This document shows positions 1 through 6,795 of a DNA stretch of 41,194 nucleotides, piece by piece (the stretch's first letter is position 1; every line of letters starts with the position of its first letter). The stretch spans positions 1 to 41,194 of IMG/VR virus record IMGVR_UViG_3300036784_000035; one strand, 5' to 3'. The DNA comes from a virus. Its lineage: Duplodnaviria; Caudoviricetes. Made by a program: the position numbers and the translations under genes. The notes under the pieces were generated by a model. The model saw only the letters and a list, made by a program, of their open reading frames with translations. It did no database searches and was not told where the DNA came from.

Positions 1-228
1 CGGCGCCGACGCGTGCAGCAGGCATGGAAGCTGTTCGAGGACGCTGAGCCGGACATCTCCACCGAGCGGTTGATGGCGATGGTCGCCGACGCCACCGGCG
101 AGGATTACGGCGACGTCGCCTCCCTGATCGCCGATGGAGAACACGATGTCGCATGAAGTTATCGCGTCTCTGCGCGTGCCACTGCCGGATGCGCCGGAGG
201 ATATGGCGCGGATGCTTGGCGTAGTAGC
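1..228. repeat. Left copy of terminal direct repeat (circularisation overlap)
   Basis: 1-228 matches 40955-41194 except for one SNP and a 12-nt-longer in-frame variant segment in the right copy. Confidence 0.93.
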
Positions 229-388
229 CAGCGCATGGGCCGAGTTGATCGGCAAGGTCGGCGACAGTGGCCGCCAGACGCCGGACACAACATTTTCAGT
301 CAATGAGACCCGCGCAAAGCGAGCGCCGCGTGGGCCGCGCATCTCGCGTAGGCCGCTCCTGGTGCCACCGCCGGGGGAAGCCGCGTGA
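146..388 (+). CDS. Hypothetical early protein
   Basis: ATG at 146 preceded by GGAGA; stop overlaps the next start (GTGA). Confidence 0.7.
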   Translation: MSHEVIASLRVPLPDAPEDMARMLGVVASAWAELIGKVGDSGRQTPDTTFSVNETRAKRAPRGPRISRRPLLVPPPGEAA

Positions 389-690
389 GCGACCAGTTGC
401 CGCCGGCCGATCAGCTGGCAGAGGTGCGCCAGCAGTTGCGCTCGCTCACCGAGCAAGAGGCGGCGTTGAAGGCGTTGGTCATCAACGATCCATCCGCGAG
501 GACTGGCAACCAGTTTTGCGTGGACGTGGTGGAGGTCGCCAGCAACCGCACCGACATCAAGGAACTCCGCGCCTGCCATCCGGACATCGTGGAGCAGTTC
601 ACATTCAAGGTGAAGACTACGCGAGTTGAACTGCGCGGACTGACAGATGCCGGCGAGATCGTGCGTATCAAGAGAGGACAGCAGTCATGA
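385..690 (+). CDS. Hypothetical coiled-coil protein upstream of erf
   Basis: Translationally coupled on both sides; N-terminal heptad pattern. Confidence 0.75.
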   Translation: MSDQLPPADQLAEVRQQLRSLTEQEAALKALVINDPSARTGNQFCVDVVEVASNRTDIKELRACHPDIVEQFTFKVKTTRVELRGLTDAGEIVRIKRGQQS

Positions 691-1625
691 GCGACGTGAT
701 CGAACGGCCGAACGCGATGCAGAGTTTCATCGAGCGCGCCAGCCGCGACGACTCGTTTAATCTCGACAAGTTCCGTGAGTTGTTGGTGATGCAGCGCGAG
801 GAGAACCAGCTGCGCGCACGCCACGAGTTCAACGCAGCAATGGCGGCGGTGCAGTCCGAGTTGCAGACCATCGTCCGCGACCGGGAGAACACGCACACCC
901 GATCGCGCTATGCCACGCTGCAGACGATCGATGCTGCCGCCCGGCCGGTCTACACGCGCCACGGGTTCAGCGTTCGCTTCGGCACTGCGGCTGCGCCGTG
1001 GGAGGGATGGGTTCGGGTAACCTGTGAACTCGCCCACGTGGGAGGATATAGCGAACAGCACCACCTCGATGGCCCGCTCGATGCGGCTGGCTCTCAGGGT
1101 AAGTCCAACAAGACCGCGATCCAGGCAATAGGTTCTACCATCAGCTACTTGCGCCGATACCTTCTGTTGCTGGTGCTAAACCTGGTCACGGTTGACGACG
1201 ATGACGACGACGGCGAGGCGAGCCGGCGGCAGCCCACCAACCGCCGCGAGGAGATCAACCACGATGTGCCGATGCGCGCTGCCGCCACCTCGATGCCGCG
1301 CGCCGAGCGTGTCGTCGATCCCACGGTCTACGATGCACCAGCGAAGCCCACAGCGGAGCGCACCGACGAGGCTTGGCGCCTCTGGCTGACCAAGTTGCGG
1401 GACGCCTGCGCGGTCCTCTATCACCGCCAGGAGGTGGTGGAGGTTGGCGAGCGCGCCAGTGTTGGGGACGCCATGGCCACTGGACCAGAGTGGGTGCGGC
1501 GTGAGATCAGCGGCATTCTTGCTGAAAACTACAAGCGCTTTAGCGAGGAGCCGGAGGCCGACCTGTCCGACGAGGCGCTGGGCGACGTAGAGATAGCCGG
1601 CGCAGAGAAATTAGCGGCCGGGTAA
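687..1625 (+). CDS. erf: ERF-family single-strand annealing recombinase
   Basis: FNAAMAAVQSEL..N....SRYA.L..I...RP...HG and GSTISYLRRYLL...L....DDD motifs typical of ERF. Confidence 0.9.
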   Translation: MSDVIERPNAMQSFIERASRDDSFNLDKFRELLVMQREENQLRARHEFNAAMAAVQSELQTIVRDRENTHTRSRYATLQTIDAAARPVYTRHGFSVRFGTAAAPWEGWVRVTCELAHVGGYSEQHHLDGPLDAAGSQGKSNKTAIQAIGSTISYLRRYLLLLVLNLVTVDDDDDDGEASRRQPTNRREEINHDVPMRAAATSMPRAERVVDPTVYDAPAKPTAERTDEAWRLWLTKLRDACAVLYHRQEVVEVGERASVGDAMATGPEWVRREISGILAENYKRFSEEPEADLSDEALGDVEIAGAEKLAAG

Positions 1626-1630
1626 GCACA

Positions 1631-2170
1631 ATGTCTGTCAGACCGCTGCCGGACGCAACCTATGTGAGGGCGTGCCTGGATTATGATCCGATGACCGGCG
1701 AATTGTTTTGGCGCACCCGCCCGGTTGAGCACTTTTCAGATATGTCCTACCGCAACAGGTGGAACACGAGGTACGCTGGTAAGGTGGCTGGATTCAAACA
1801 TCACAGAGGCTACCATCTAGTCTTGATCGGTGCTGTCAAGTTCATGGCGCATCGCGTTGCATGGTTAATGGAGCGCGGCGAGCCGGTTCCAAACGAAATA
1901 GACCACATCGACGGGGATCGATCCAACAACCGTATCAGCAATTTACGAGCCGCAACACGCTCAGAGAATCTGTCCAACATGAGAGCAAAAAACAGCAACT
2001 GCCAGACCAAGGGAGTGTGGTTCGACGCCTCTCGCGGTAAGTTCCAAGCCCATATCACCCACCGGTATAAATCTTACAAGCTTGGGCGGTTCGACACGTT
2101 AGAGGAGGCTGTTGCCGCTCGCAGGGAGGCCGCCGAACGGTTGCACGGGGAGTTCGCCAGGCATGGCTGA
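1631..2170 (+). CDS. HNH endonuclease with AP2 DNA-binding domain
   Basis: AHRVAW..IDHIDGDRSNNRISNLR (HNH) plus KGV.F...GKF.A.I...LGRF...EEA..AR..A..LHGEFA (AP2); lower GC. Confidence 0.93.
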   Translation: MSVRPLPDATYVRACLDYDPMTGELFWRTRPVEHFSDMSYRNRWNTRYAGKVAGFKHHRGYHLVLIGAVKFMAHRVAWLMERGEPVPNEIDHIDGDRSNNRISNLRAATRSENLSNMRAKNSNCQTKGVWFDASRGKFQAHITHRYKSYKLGRFDTLEEAVAARREAAERLHGEFARHG

Positions 2171-2396
2171 ACGCATGACGACGCATGAGGCGTGGCTACA
2201 GGAGGTGCTGCACCAGGGCGCTGCGCTCGCGGCGGATATGCTGGCGATCTGGCTGGCCAGCCATCCCGCCGACCTCCACGAGGAGCTTATGCGCAAACAC
2301 ATCGCGGCGGTGCGCGCGCTGCTCGCGGAATTACAGACGCACAAAGACGCGCAAGCCGCGCAGACCTTCAGAGGAGAGTTCGCTAATGGCGGATAG
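2163..2396 (+). CDS. Hypothetical protein
   Basis: GGGGAG SD; overlaps neighbouring genes. Confidence 0.6.
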   Translation: MAERMTTHEAWLQEVLHQGAALAADMLAIWLASHPADLHEELMRKHIAAVRALLAELQTHKDAQAAQTFRGEFANGG

Positions 2397-2655
2397 CTAT
2401 CTCGTATTCAGTGTCGAACATGGCTCTTGGTGGGGACCGGAGCGGTGCGGCTATGTCACCAGCATCGGCGCGGCAGGTCGCTACAGCGAGGCCGAAGCGC
2501 TGGACATCTGCACGAATGCGATCCCAGGCACGTCGCGCCGGCTTGGCGCGTTGCCGGAACTGCCGGTATCGGAGACGCATGTGACGTGGCTGCATCAACG
2601 GTTCCGGGGCAGCCTCCCGAACATACCTCCGGAGCCGTGGGAGCCAACCGTTTGA
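2386..2655 (+). CDS. Hypothetical phage protein (YLVFSVEHGSWW..GY...AGRYSEAEA)
   Basis: GAGGAG SD before ATG 2386; stop lies inside array-A repeat. Confidence 0.75.
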   Translation: MADSYLVFSVEHGSWWGPERCGYVTSIGAAGRYSEAEALDICTNAIPGTSRRLGALPELPVSETHVTWLHQRFRGSLPNIPPEPWEPTV

Positions 2656-2666
2656 AGGAGTGGCCG

Positions 2667-2852
2667 ATGTCCGATGACTACAACCAGGCGGTCTTCGACT
2701 TCATCGTGGCCCTGCGCGGCGGGCTGCCGGAACAGTGCGACTTCTGCGGGAAGCCCTACACCGAGGGGCGCTATCCGGTTCCAGAGGAAGCCGGCGAGTG
2801 GGCGTGCAGCGAATGCCTGGCGCGCTGGAATACAAAATCACAGGGTGCGTGA
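2667..2852 (+). CDS. Small Zn-finger-like protein (CDFC...CSEC)
   Basis: AAGGAG SD in repeat; two CxxC pairs. Confidence 0.7.
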   Translation: MSDDYNQAVFDFIVALRGGLPEQCDFCGKPYTEGRYPVPEEAGEWACSECLARWNTKSQGA

Positions 2853-2877
2853 AAACGACCGTTTGGAGATGAGGCCG

Positions 2878-3117
2878 ATGAGTCTGAACTGTGACCACGA
2901 CAAGCCGATGTGCCCGTGGCGAACCTGGGCCGTCGCGGAGTTGTCGCGGCTGAGCACGCTGGAAGCGGAGATTTTCGCGGTGCAGTTGCCGGCGTGGTCC
3001 TTCCAGCCAGACCGGGATGCGGCGCCTGGGCTCTACCTGGCATGCGAGACCCACGAGCAGCGGCGCGCAATCATGCGACTGCTGGGCGCCGAGCAGGAGC
3101 AGGTCGAGACCGTTTGA
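2878..3117 (+). CDS. Hypothetical protein
   Basis: Starts in one repeat copy and ends (TV-stop) in the next. Confidence 0.65.
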   Translation: MSLNCDHDKPMCPWRTWAVAELSRLSTLEAEIFAVQLPAWSFQPDRDAAPGLYLACETHEQRRAIMRLLGAEQEQVETV

Positions 3118-3128
3118 AGGAGTAGCCG

Positions 3129-3317
3129 ATGCCTGACGACGACGCTCTTCGTCACAAGCTGATCGCTGACCTGTTCGATCTGCCCATTTGGTATTGCGGC
3201 ACAGAGCGTCGAGTGAGCCCGTGCTGGGAGTCGATCACGGTAGAGGAACGCGACCTGATCGCAGAGGCGCTGAAACAGTGGAAGCCTGGCCGCAATTTAC
3301 AATCAGACAAAGGCTGA
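3129..3317 (+). CDS. Hypothetical protein
   Basis: AAGGAG SD in repeat; MPDDD start. Confidence 0.7.
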   Translation: MPDDDALRHKLIADLFDLPIWYCGTERRVSPCWESITVEERDLIAEALKQWKPGRNLQSDKG

Positions 3318-3374
3318 CGAAACGTTCGGTTCCAGGAGTGCGGGAGTCTGTATGTGCTAACTAACGGGGCACCG

Positions 3375-3566
3375 ATGCGGTTCGCCTATGCCGACCCACC
3401 CTATCTCGGGTGCGGCTCGCTCTATGCGAAGTATCACCCCGACGCGCTGATCTGGGACGACCCGGAGACGCACCGGAAGCTGATCCAGCGGCTGGTGGAC
3501 GAATATCCCGATGGCTGGGCGCTGTCGGCCAGCAACCTTGACCTGCAGCGTGGGGTTCGGGTATGA
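3375..3566 (+). pseudogene. Truncated amino-DNA methyltransferase (N-terminal DPPY fragment)
   Basis: MRFAYADPPY...EYPDGWALS matches a common small phage MTase start; reading frame ends after 63 aa in a promoter/hairpin segment. Confidence 0.65.
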
Positions 3567-3657
3567 ACCCGGAGTCAAGAATACCCACTACCCCCGCGCC
3601 GGTCTCCAAAGGCGCGGGATTGAGACCAACCCCCGCCCCAAGCGGGGGTTTTTCTTT
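3538..3657 (+). ncRNA. Candidate promoter-sRNA-terminator unit
   Basis: TTGACC-N18-TATGAA; stem CCCGCGCC/GGCGCGGG with loop GGTCTC complementary to downstream GAGACC; terminator follows. Confidence 0.4.
3628..3657 (+). terminator. Intrinsic terminator
   Basis: AACCCCCGC-CCCAA-GCGGGGGTT followed by TTTCTTT. Confidence 0.85.
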
Positions 3658-3736
3658 GCCATGATCCGCACGCGTGACGGTCGATGACCTGTTCAGTTGC
3701 GCGTCTGCAAACGTCGTTTGGGGAGTAGGCCGAAGT

Positions 3737-3907
3737 ATGACCGACACCACCATCTGGATCGTCGTGCTGCTATGGGCGGGCGGCAAGATCGAACCGGTCA
3801 AGGCGTTCACCGATGAGCGGGCGGCTCGTCACGCGGCGTCGCTGTTGATCGGCAACGTGGCAAATGTCGCGCTGTGGTCGGTTGAATTGCAGCAGGGGAT
3901 CGAGTGA
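3737..3907 (+). CDS. Hypothetical protein
   Basis: GGGGAG SD in a degenerate repeat copy; coupled to the next gene. Confidence 0.65.
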   Translation: MTDTTIWIVVLLWAGGKIEPVKAFTDERAARHAASLLIGNVANVALWSVELQQGIE

Positions 3908-4029
3908 GGAACCATCCGGCCTTGGCTGGTGCCGCGACAGCCTTCGGCATCATTCTGGCCGGCCTGGCCATCGCGCCGATCTTGATGCGGGTGCTCATAT
4001 GGTGGTGGAAAATCTGGTTGCCGGTCTGA
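3904..4029 (+). CDS. 41-aa hydrophobic membrane peptide (not in ORF track)
   Basis: GTGA overlap; MRNHPALAGAATAFGIILAGLAIAPILMRVLIWWWKIWLPV. Confidence 0.65.
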   Translation: MRNHPALAGAATAFGIILAGLAIAPILMRVLIWWWKIWLPV

Positions 4030-4045
4030 CGTGAAGGAGTGGCCG

Positions 4046-4228
4046 ATGCCTGACGACCACCACTACCCCGACCGCTATCCGCCGGGCGCGCACTGGGCCT
4101 TGGATGCTGCCTGGGAGATCCTCGACACCATCAAGCCGGGTGTCATTCCCGACGACGTCCGCGCATTCCTCGCCGGCCAGATCGCGGGGCGCCTCATGAG
4201 AGAACGCGGGGGAGTGGCCGATGCCTGA
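4046..4228 (+). CDS. Hypothetical protein
   Basis: AAGGAG SD in repeat; MPDD start. Confidence 0.7.
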   Translation: MPDDHHYPDRYPPGAHWALDAAWEILDTIKPGVIPDDVRAFLAGQIAGRLMRERGGVADA

Positions 4229-4433
4229 CTACCGGAGATATCGACGCACGCAGATCGCGGAGATGAAGCCGTGGGCTGCTGGCGAGGACATGCGGGAGGT
4301 GTCCGTATCCAAGCCCGACCAGGAGGCGGGCTCGCCCAGGTCCGGCGACATGATAGCCCGCAACCCGGCGAACCACGCTGACCGCTGGCTGGTCTCGGCG
4401 GCGTATTTCGCGGCCAACTTTGAGCCGGCCTGA
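4221..4433 (+). CDS. Small conserved phage protein (GDMIARNP..H.D.WLV...YF..NFE; PGDYG-like)
   Basis: Repeat-embedded SD/ATG; recognisable C-terminal motif. Confidence 0.75.
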   Translation: MPDYRRYRRTQIAEMKPWAAGEDMREVSVSKPDQEAGSPRSGDMIARNPANHADRWLVSAAYFAANFEPA

Positions 4434-4460
4434 TGTCCGATAATGGACCTTGCCGGACGT
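4433..4460. other. Candidate dif-like / tyrosine-recombinase site (possible attP)
   Basis: ATGTCCGATAA-TGGACC-TTGCCGGACGT: 11-6-11 imperfect palindrome (8/11) at the early/late convergence point. Confidence 0.4.
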
Positions 4461-4480
4461 AATCCGCACCAACAGAAAGG

Positions 4481-4507
4481 GCGCCCGAAAGCGCCCTGAT
4501 TTGCTTA
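4481..4507 (-). terminator. Intrinsic terminator at end of late/lysis transcript (possibly bidirectional)
   Basis: Minus strand AGGGCGC-TTTCGG-GCGCCCT followed by TTCTGTT. Confidence 0.75.
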
Positions 4508-4549
4508 CCACGCCTTAGGGGTTCGTGCCACAATTCGCTGAAAGCCGCT

Positions 4550-4741
4550 CTATTGCTTAAGGCAGCCAGCGATGATCTGGGCGAGGAGGCGCTCGCGGCT
4601 GGAGTTCTGCACCCAGTCGATCGCGAGGAACGCCACGTTCAACAGCATCAGGATGATGAGCGCAGGCGGCAGCGAGCCGAGCGCTTTTTCGCCGAGCGAG
4701 GTGATGCTGGCCACGACGCCCTTGTGTTCCTCGTCCGTCAT
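4550..4741 (-). CDS. Single-TM membrane protein, putative holin/lysis accessory
   Basis: ALIILMLLNVAFLAI hydrophobic segment; ATGA-coupled directly downstream of the amidase. Confidence 0.6.
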   Translation of the reverse strand: MTDEEHKGVVASITSLGEKALGSLPPALIILMLLNVAFLAIDWVQNSSRERLLAQIIAGCLKQ

Positions 4742-5109
4742 GTCTCGACCGTCCAGTATCTGCTCGCGTCGTCGGCAGCAGGCCCAACGCCACGCCTGTC
4801 GAGGATGACGCGCTCGGCGACTGGATGCCACGACCACTGATCGAGCACTCTCAGCGATCCCTGCGCCGTCTCGCTGAGGAAGATGCAGGCGTGGCTACGT
4901 CCTGTGACATCGTTCTCGTAGCGGCCATCGCTGCTGAACGTCGCTATGGCGGCCCCAGACGGCACGTTGCCGCCCAGCACGCGCTCGCCACGCCGCCAGG
5001 TCGGGGTCGCCCCCAGCCCAGCGGCATGTTTGACCAAGGAGACGCAGTGCTGCGACTCCCCTACGTATTTCCCGAGATGCTGCTCGGGATTGTCGGCGAC
5101 GTGCGGCAA
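4738..5109 (-). CDS. Peptidoglycan amidase/endopeptidase of BPSL0067 (Tae2-like, NlpC/P60 Cys-His) family; probable endolysin
   Basis: CVSLVK..W.RG..V...G.AIATF...GRY....SHA.IFL......V.DQW pattern. Confidence 0.8.
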   Translation of the reverse strand: MPHVADNPEQHLGKYVGESQHCVSLVKHAAGLGATPTWRRGERVLGGNVPSGAAIATFSSDGRYENDVTGRSHACIFLSETAQGSLRVLDQWSWHPVAERVILDRRGVGPAADDASRYWTVET

Positions 5110-5110
5110 G

Positions 5111-5518
5111 TTACTTCGGCTGTGCGGTCAGCGGCGGCGCGACCGTGACGGGTCCGATGCCCGGATAATTCACCACGATGTATGGCGGCGGTTCGATCGG
5201 CTGCACCGGCCATCCGCCACTACCAGCCGGAGGAGGCACCGGGGTCGTCGGGTCACCCGCGTTCGGCGGCGACGGCGGCGTCAGGCTTGGCGGCACGTTC
5301 GGCGGATAGATCGGGCCGCCGCCAACGACGGGCGGGATCGGGTGCTCGGGATGCCCAGGATACCACGGCGGCAGCGGTGCGCCCCCACCGGGCGGCATCG
5401 GACCACCGCCGACGCCGATCCCGGTCAGGGAAGCGTCGCCGATCAGCACGACCTGCTGCGTGGTGCGGTTGAGTTTGTCGTAAAGCACGCCCGAGATGGT
5501 CACTTCAGCGGCTGCCAT
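5111..5518 (-). CDS. Pro/Gly-rich protein (HPEHPIPP) at head of lysis module
   Basis: GGAG SD; short beta-rich N-terminus followed by a long Pro-rich tail. Confidence 0.75.
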   Translation of the reverse strand: MAAAEVTISGVLYDKLNRTTQQVVLIGDASLTGIGVGGGPMPPGGGAPLPPWYPGHPEHPIPPVVGGGPIYPPNVPPSLTPPSPPNAGDPTTPVPPPAGSGGWPVQPIEPPPYIVVNYPGIGPVTVAPPLTAQPK

Positions 5519-5654
5519 GAGTCAGTCTCCATTGGGTTGTGTGTGTGCCATCGATTTGGCTCGGGGATTGTATCGCCGCGCGATGGCGTCGCGGCGGGTG
5601 GTTCTGTGACGATTGTGCTGGACTCTCACGGGGTGGTGGTGCACATCCGCACCT

Positions 5655-5789
5655 ATGGAAAGCCCACGAATGAGTGTGACTTTTACCGCCGTGCAGCTGG
5701 CGTGGCTGAAGCGCGAGGCCAAGCGCCTTGGCGTGACGATTGGCGATCTGCTGCGCAGGATCGTCGATGAGTTCCGGGACACGAAGTGA
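5655..5789 (+). CDS. Ribbon-helix-helix (CopG/Arc/Mnt-like) regulator, 44 aa (not in ORF track)
   Basis: MESPRMSVTFTAVQLAWLKREAKRLGVTIGDLLRRIVDEFRDTK: beta strand, helix, G, helix; inverted repeat GGTGC-N6-GCACC just upstream. Confidence 0.8.
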   Translation: MESPRMSVTFTAVQLAWLKREAKRLGVTIGDLLRRIVDEFRDTK

Positions 5790-5796
5790 CTGAAGC

Positions 5797-5858
5797 GGGC
5801 CGGGCGGTGCGTCAACACCGTAGACCGGCCCTGACCCCAACCGAGAGAGGAAGTCTCG
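5797..5858 (+). promoter_or_regulatory. Leader hairpins between RHH gene and lipoprotein gene
   Basis: GGGCCGG-G-CGGTG-cgtcaa-CACCG-taga-CCGGCCC, and CGAGA-gaggaag-TCTCG enclosing the SD. Confidence 0.5.
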
Positions 5859-5861
5859 ATC

Positions 5862-6185
5862 ATGGCTACCAAGACACTAGCAGCCGCATTGGCTGCAACA
5901 CTACTGGTGACTGGCTGCACGATGCCCAACTTCGTCCCGGCACACGATCAGAGCATTGAGGAAGCCGCTGGGGCTCGCCTCGAATGCACGGCGATCTCCG
6001 AGGGCATGACGCCCCCGGTACAGGGCGGCTTTATTGCTGCCAGCGGTCGGCCGGCGTTCGTTGGCGCTGCGATGGGCGGTTACGCGATCGGCCTCGCCAT
6101 CGCCGCGGCAGTCCAGCAGCAGCACAAGGTCGATGCATATTCGGATTGTATGCTCGCTCACGGGTTCAGAAAGGCTGCGTCATGA
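5862..6185 (+). CDS. Lipoprotein with glycine-zipper-like segment (moron; candidate superinfection exclusion)
   Basis: Signal peptide with LVTG/C lipobox; GAAMGGYAIG; C-terminal CML.HG. Confidence 0.8.
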   Translation: MATKTLAAALAATLLVTGCTMPNFVPAHDQSIEEAAGARLECTAISEGMTPPVQGGFIAASGRPAFVGAAMGGYAIGLAIAAAVQQQHKVDAYSDCMLAHGFRKAAS

Positions 6186-6493
6186 GCGATATGAGCGGCG
6201 CCGTCCTATCTGCGATTGCACAGTTGGGTTCTGATCTGCGCGGCGAGATCGAAAAGAGCCGGGCCGAGACAGCGCGTCTGATCGAGGGCATCCAAACGTC
6301 GCTTGACGCGATCCGCGACGACATCACGGTGCTGGGCGGAACGGGCGATCGTGATCGCCGGAAGGGCGAGAACACCCGCGATGAAGTGCGCGATTTGGCG
6401 AACGGCGTTGCTGATCTCCAGCGCGTGATGCTCAAACACGGCACGCGCCTTGATGCGCTGGAGCGGCGTGGCGCGATCGATAAGGAGGGGTGA
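6182..6493 (+). CDS. Coiled-coil hypothetical protein
   Basis: ATGA coupling; heptad repeats. Confidence 0.7.
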   Translation: MSDMSGAVLSAIAQLGSDLRGEIEKSRAETARLIEGIQTSLDAIRDDITVLGGTGDRDRRKGENTRDEVRDLANGVADLQRVMLKHGTRLDALERRGAIDKEG

Positions 6494-6795
6494 CGGTGGA
6501 CGACCGCGAACTGTTGGCCAACATCCTAAATCTTTACGGGCCACCGCTGCCCATTGATCCAACGAAGGACTCGACGAAGGGTTATTTCAGGCCGGATGGC
6601 TACTATGTGCCACCGTCAGCTACCGACACGCCTTGCCAGGTACCGGCGCGCCTGCTGCGACCGCTGCCGCCGCCACACATTCCGGCAATCAACTGGCGGG
6701 AGGCATTGGATATGCTAAGGCTCTTTCGTCTGTTCGCCCTGACGACGGTCATTATCGTCGTGCTTGGCTACCTGGTCAGCTACCTGACCAGCTAA
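6490..6795 (+). CDS. Small C-terminally anchored membrane protein, convergent with ejection gene (sieA-position; carries a motif copied from the ejection protein)
   Basis: AAGGAGG SD; C-terminal TM helix; DSTKGYFRPDGYYVPPSA motif. Confidence 0.75.
   Translation: MTVDDRELLANILNLYGPPLPIDPTKDSTKGYFRPDGYYVPPSATDTPCQVPARLLRPLPPPHIPAINWREALDMLRLFRLFALTTVIIVVLGYLVSYLTS

Larger units (their letters stand above)
2647..4229 (+). repeat. Dispersed gene-junction repeat ACCGTTTGAAGGAGTRGCCGATGCCTGAC (array A, ~6 copies)
   Basis: Copies at 2647, 2858 (degenerate), 3109, ~3715 (degenerate), 4031, 4211; each holds the SD and ATG of a small gene. Confidence 0.85.

Noticed and set aside
2647-4229. Repeat arrays A and B as CRISPR arrays or integron attC cassettes
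   Set aside because: Spacers are 170-600 bp protein-coding genes, the repeats are non-palindromic and contain SD/ATG, and there is no cas or intI gene
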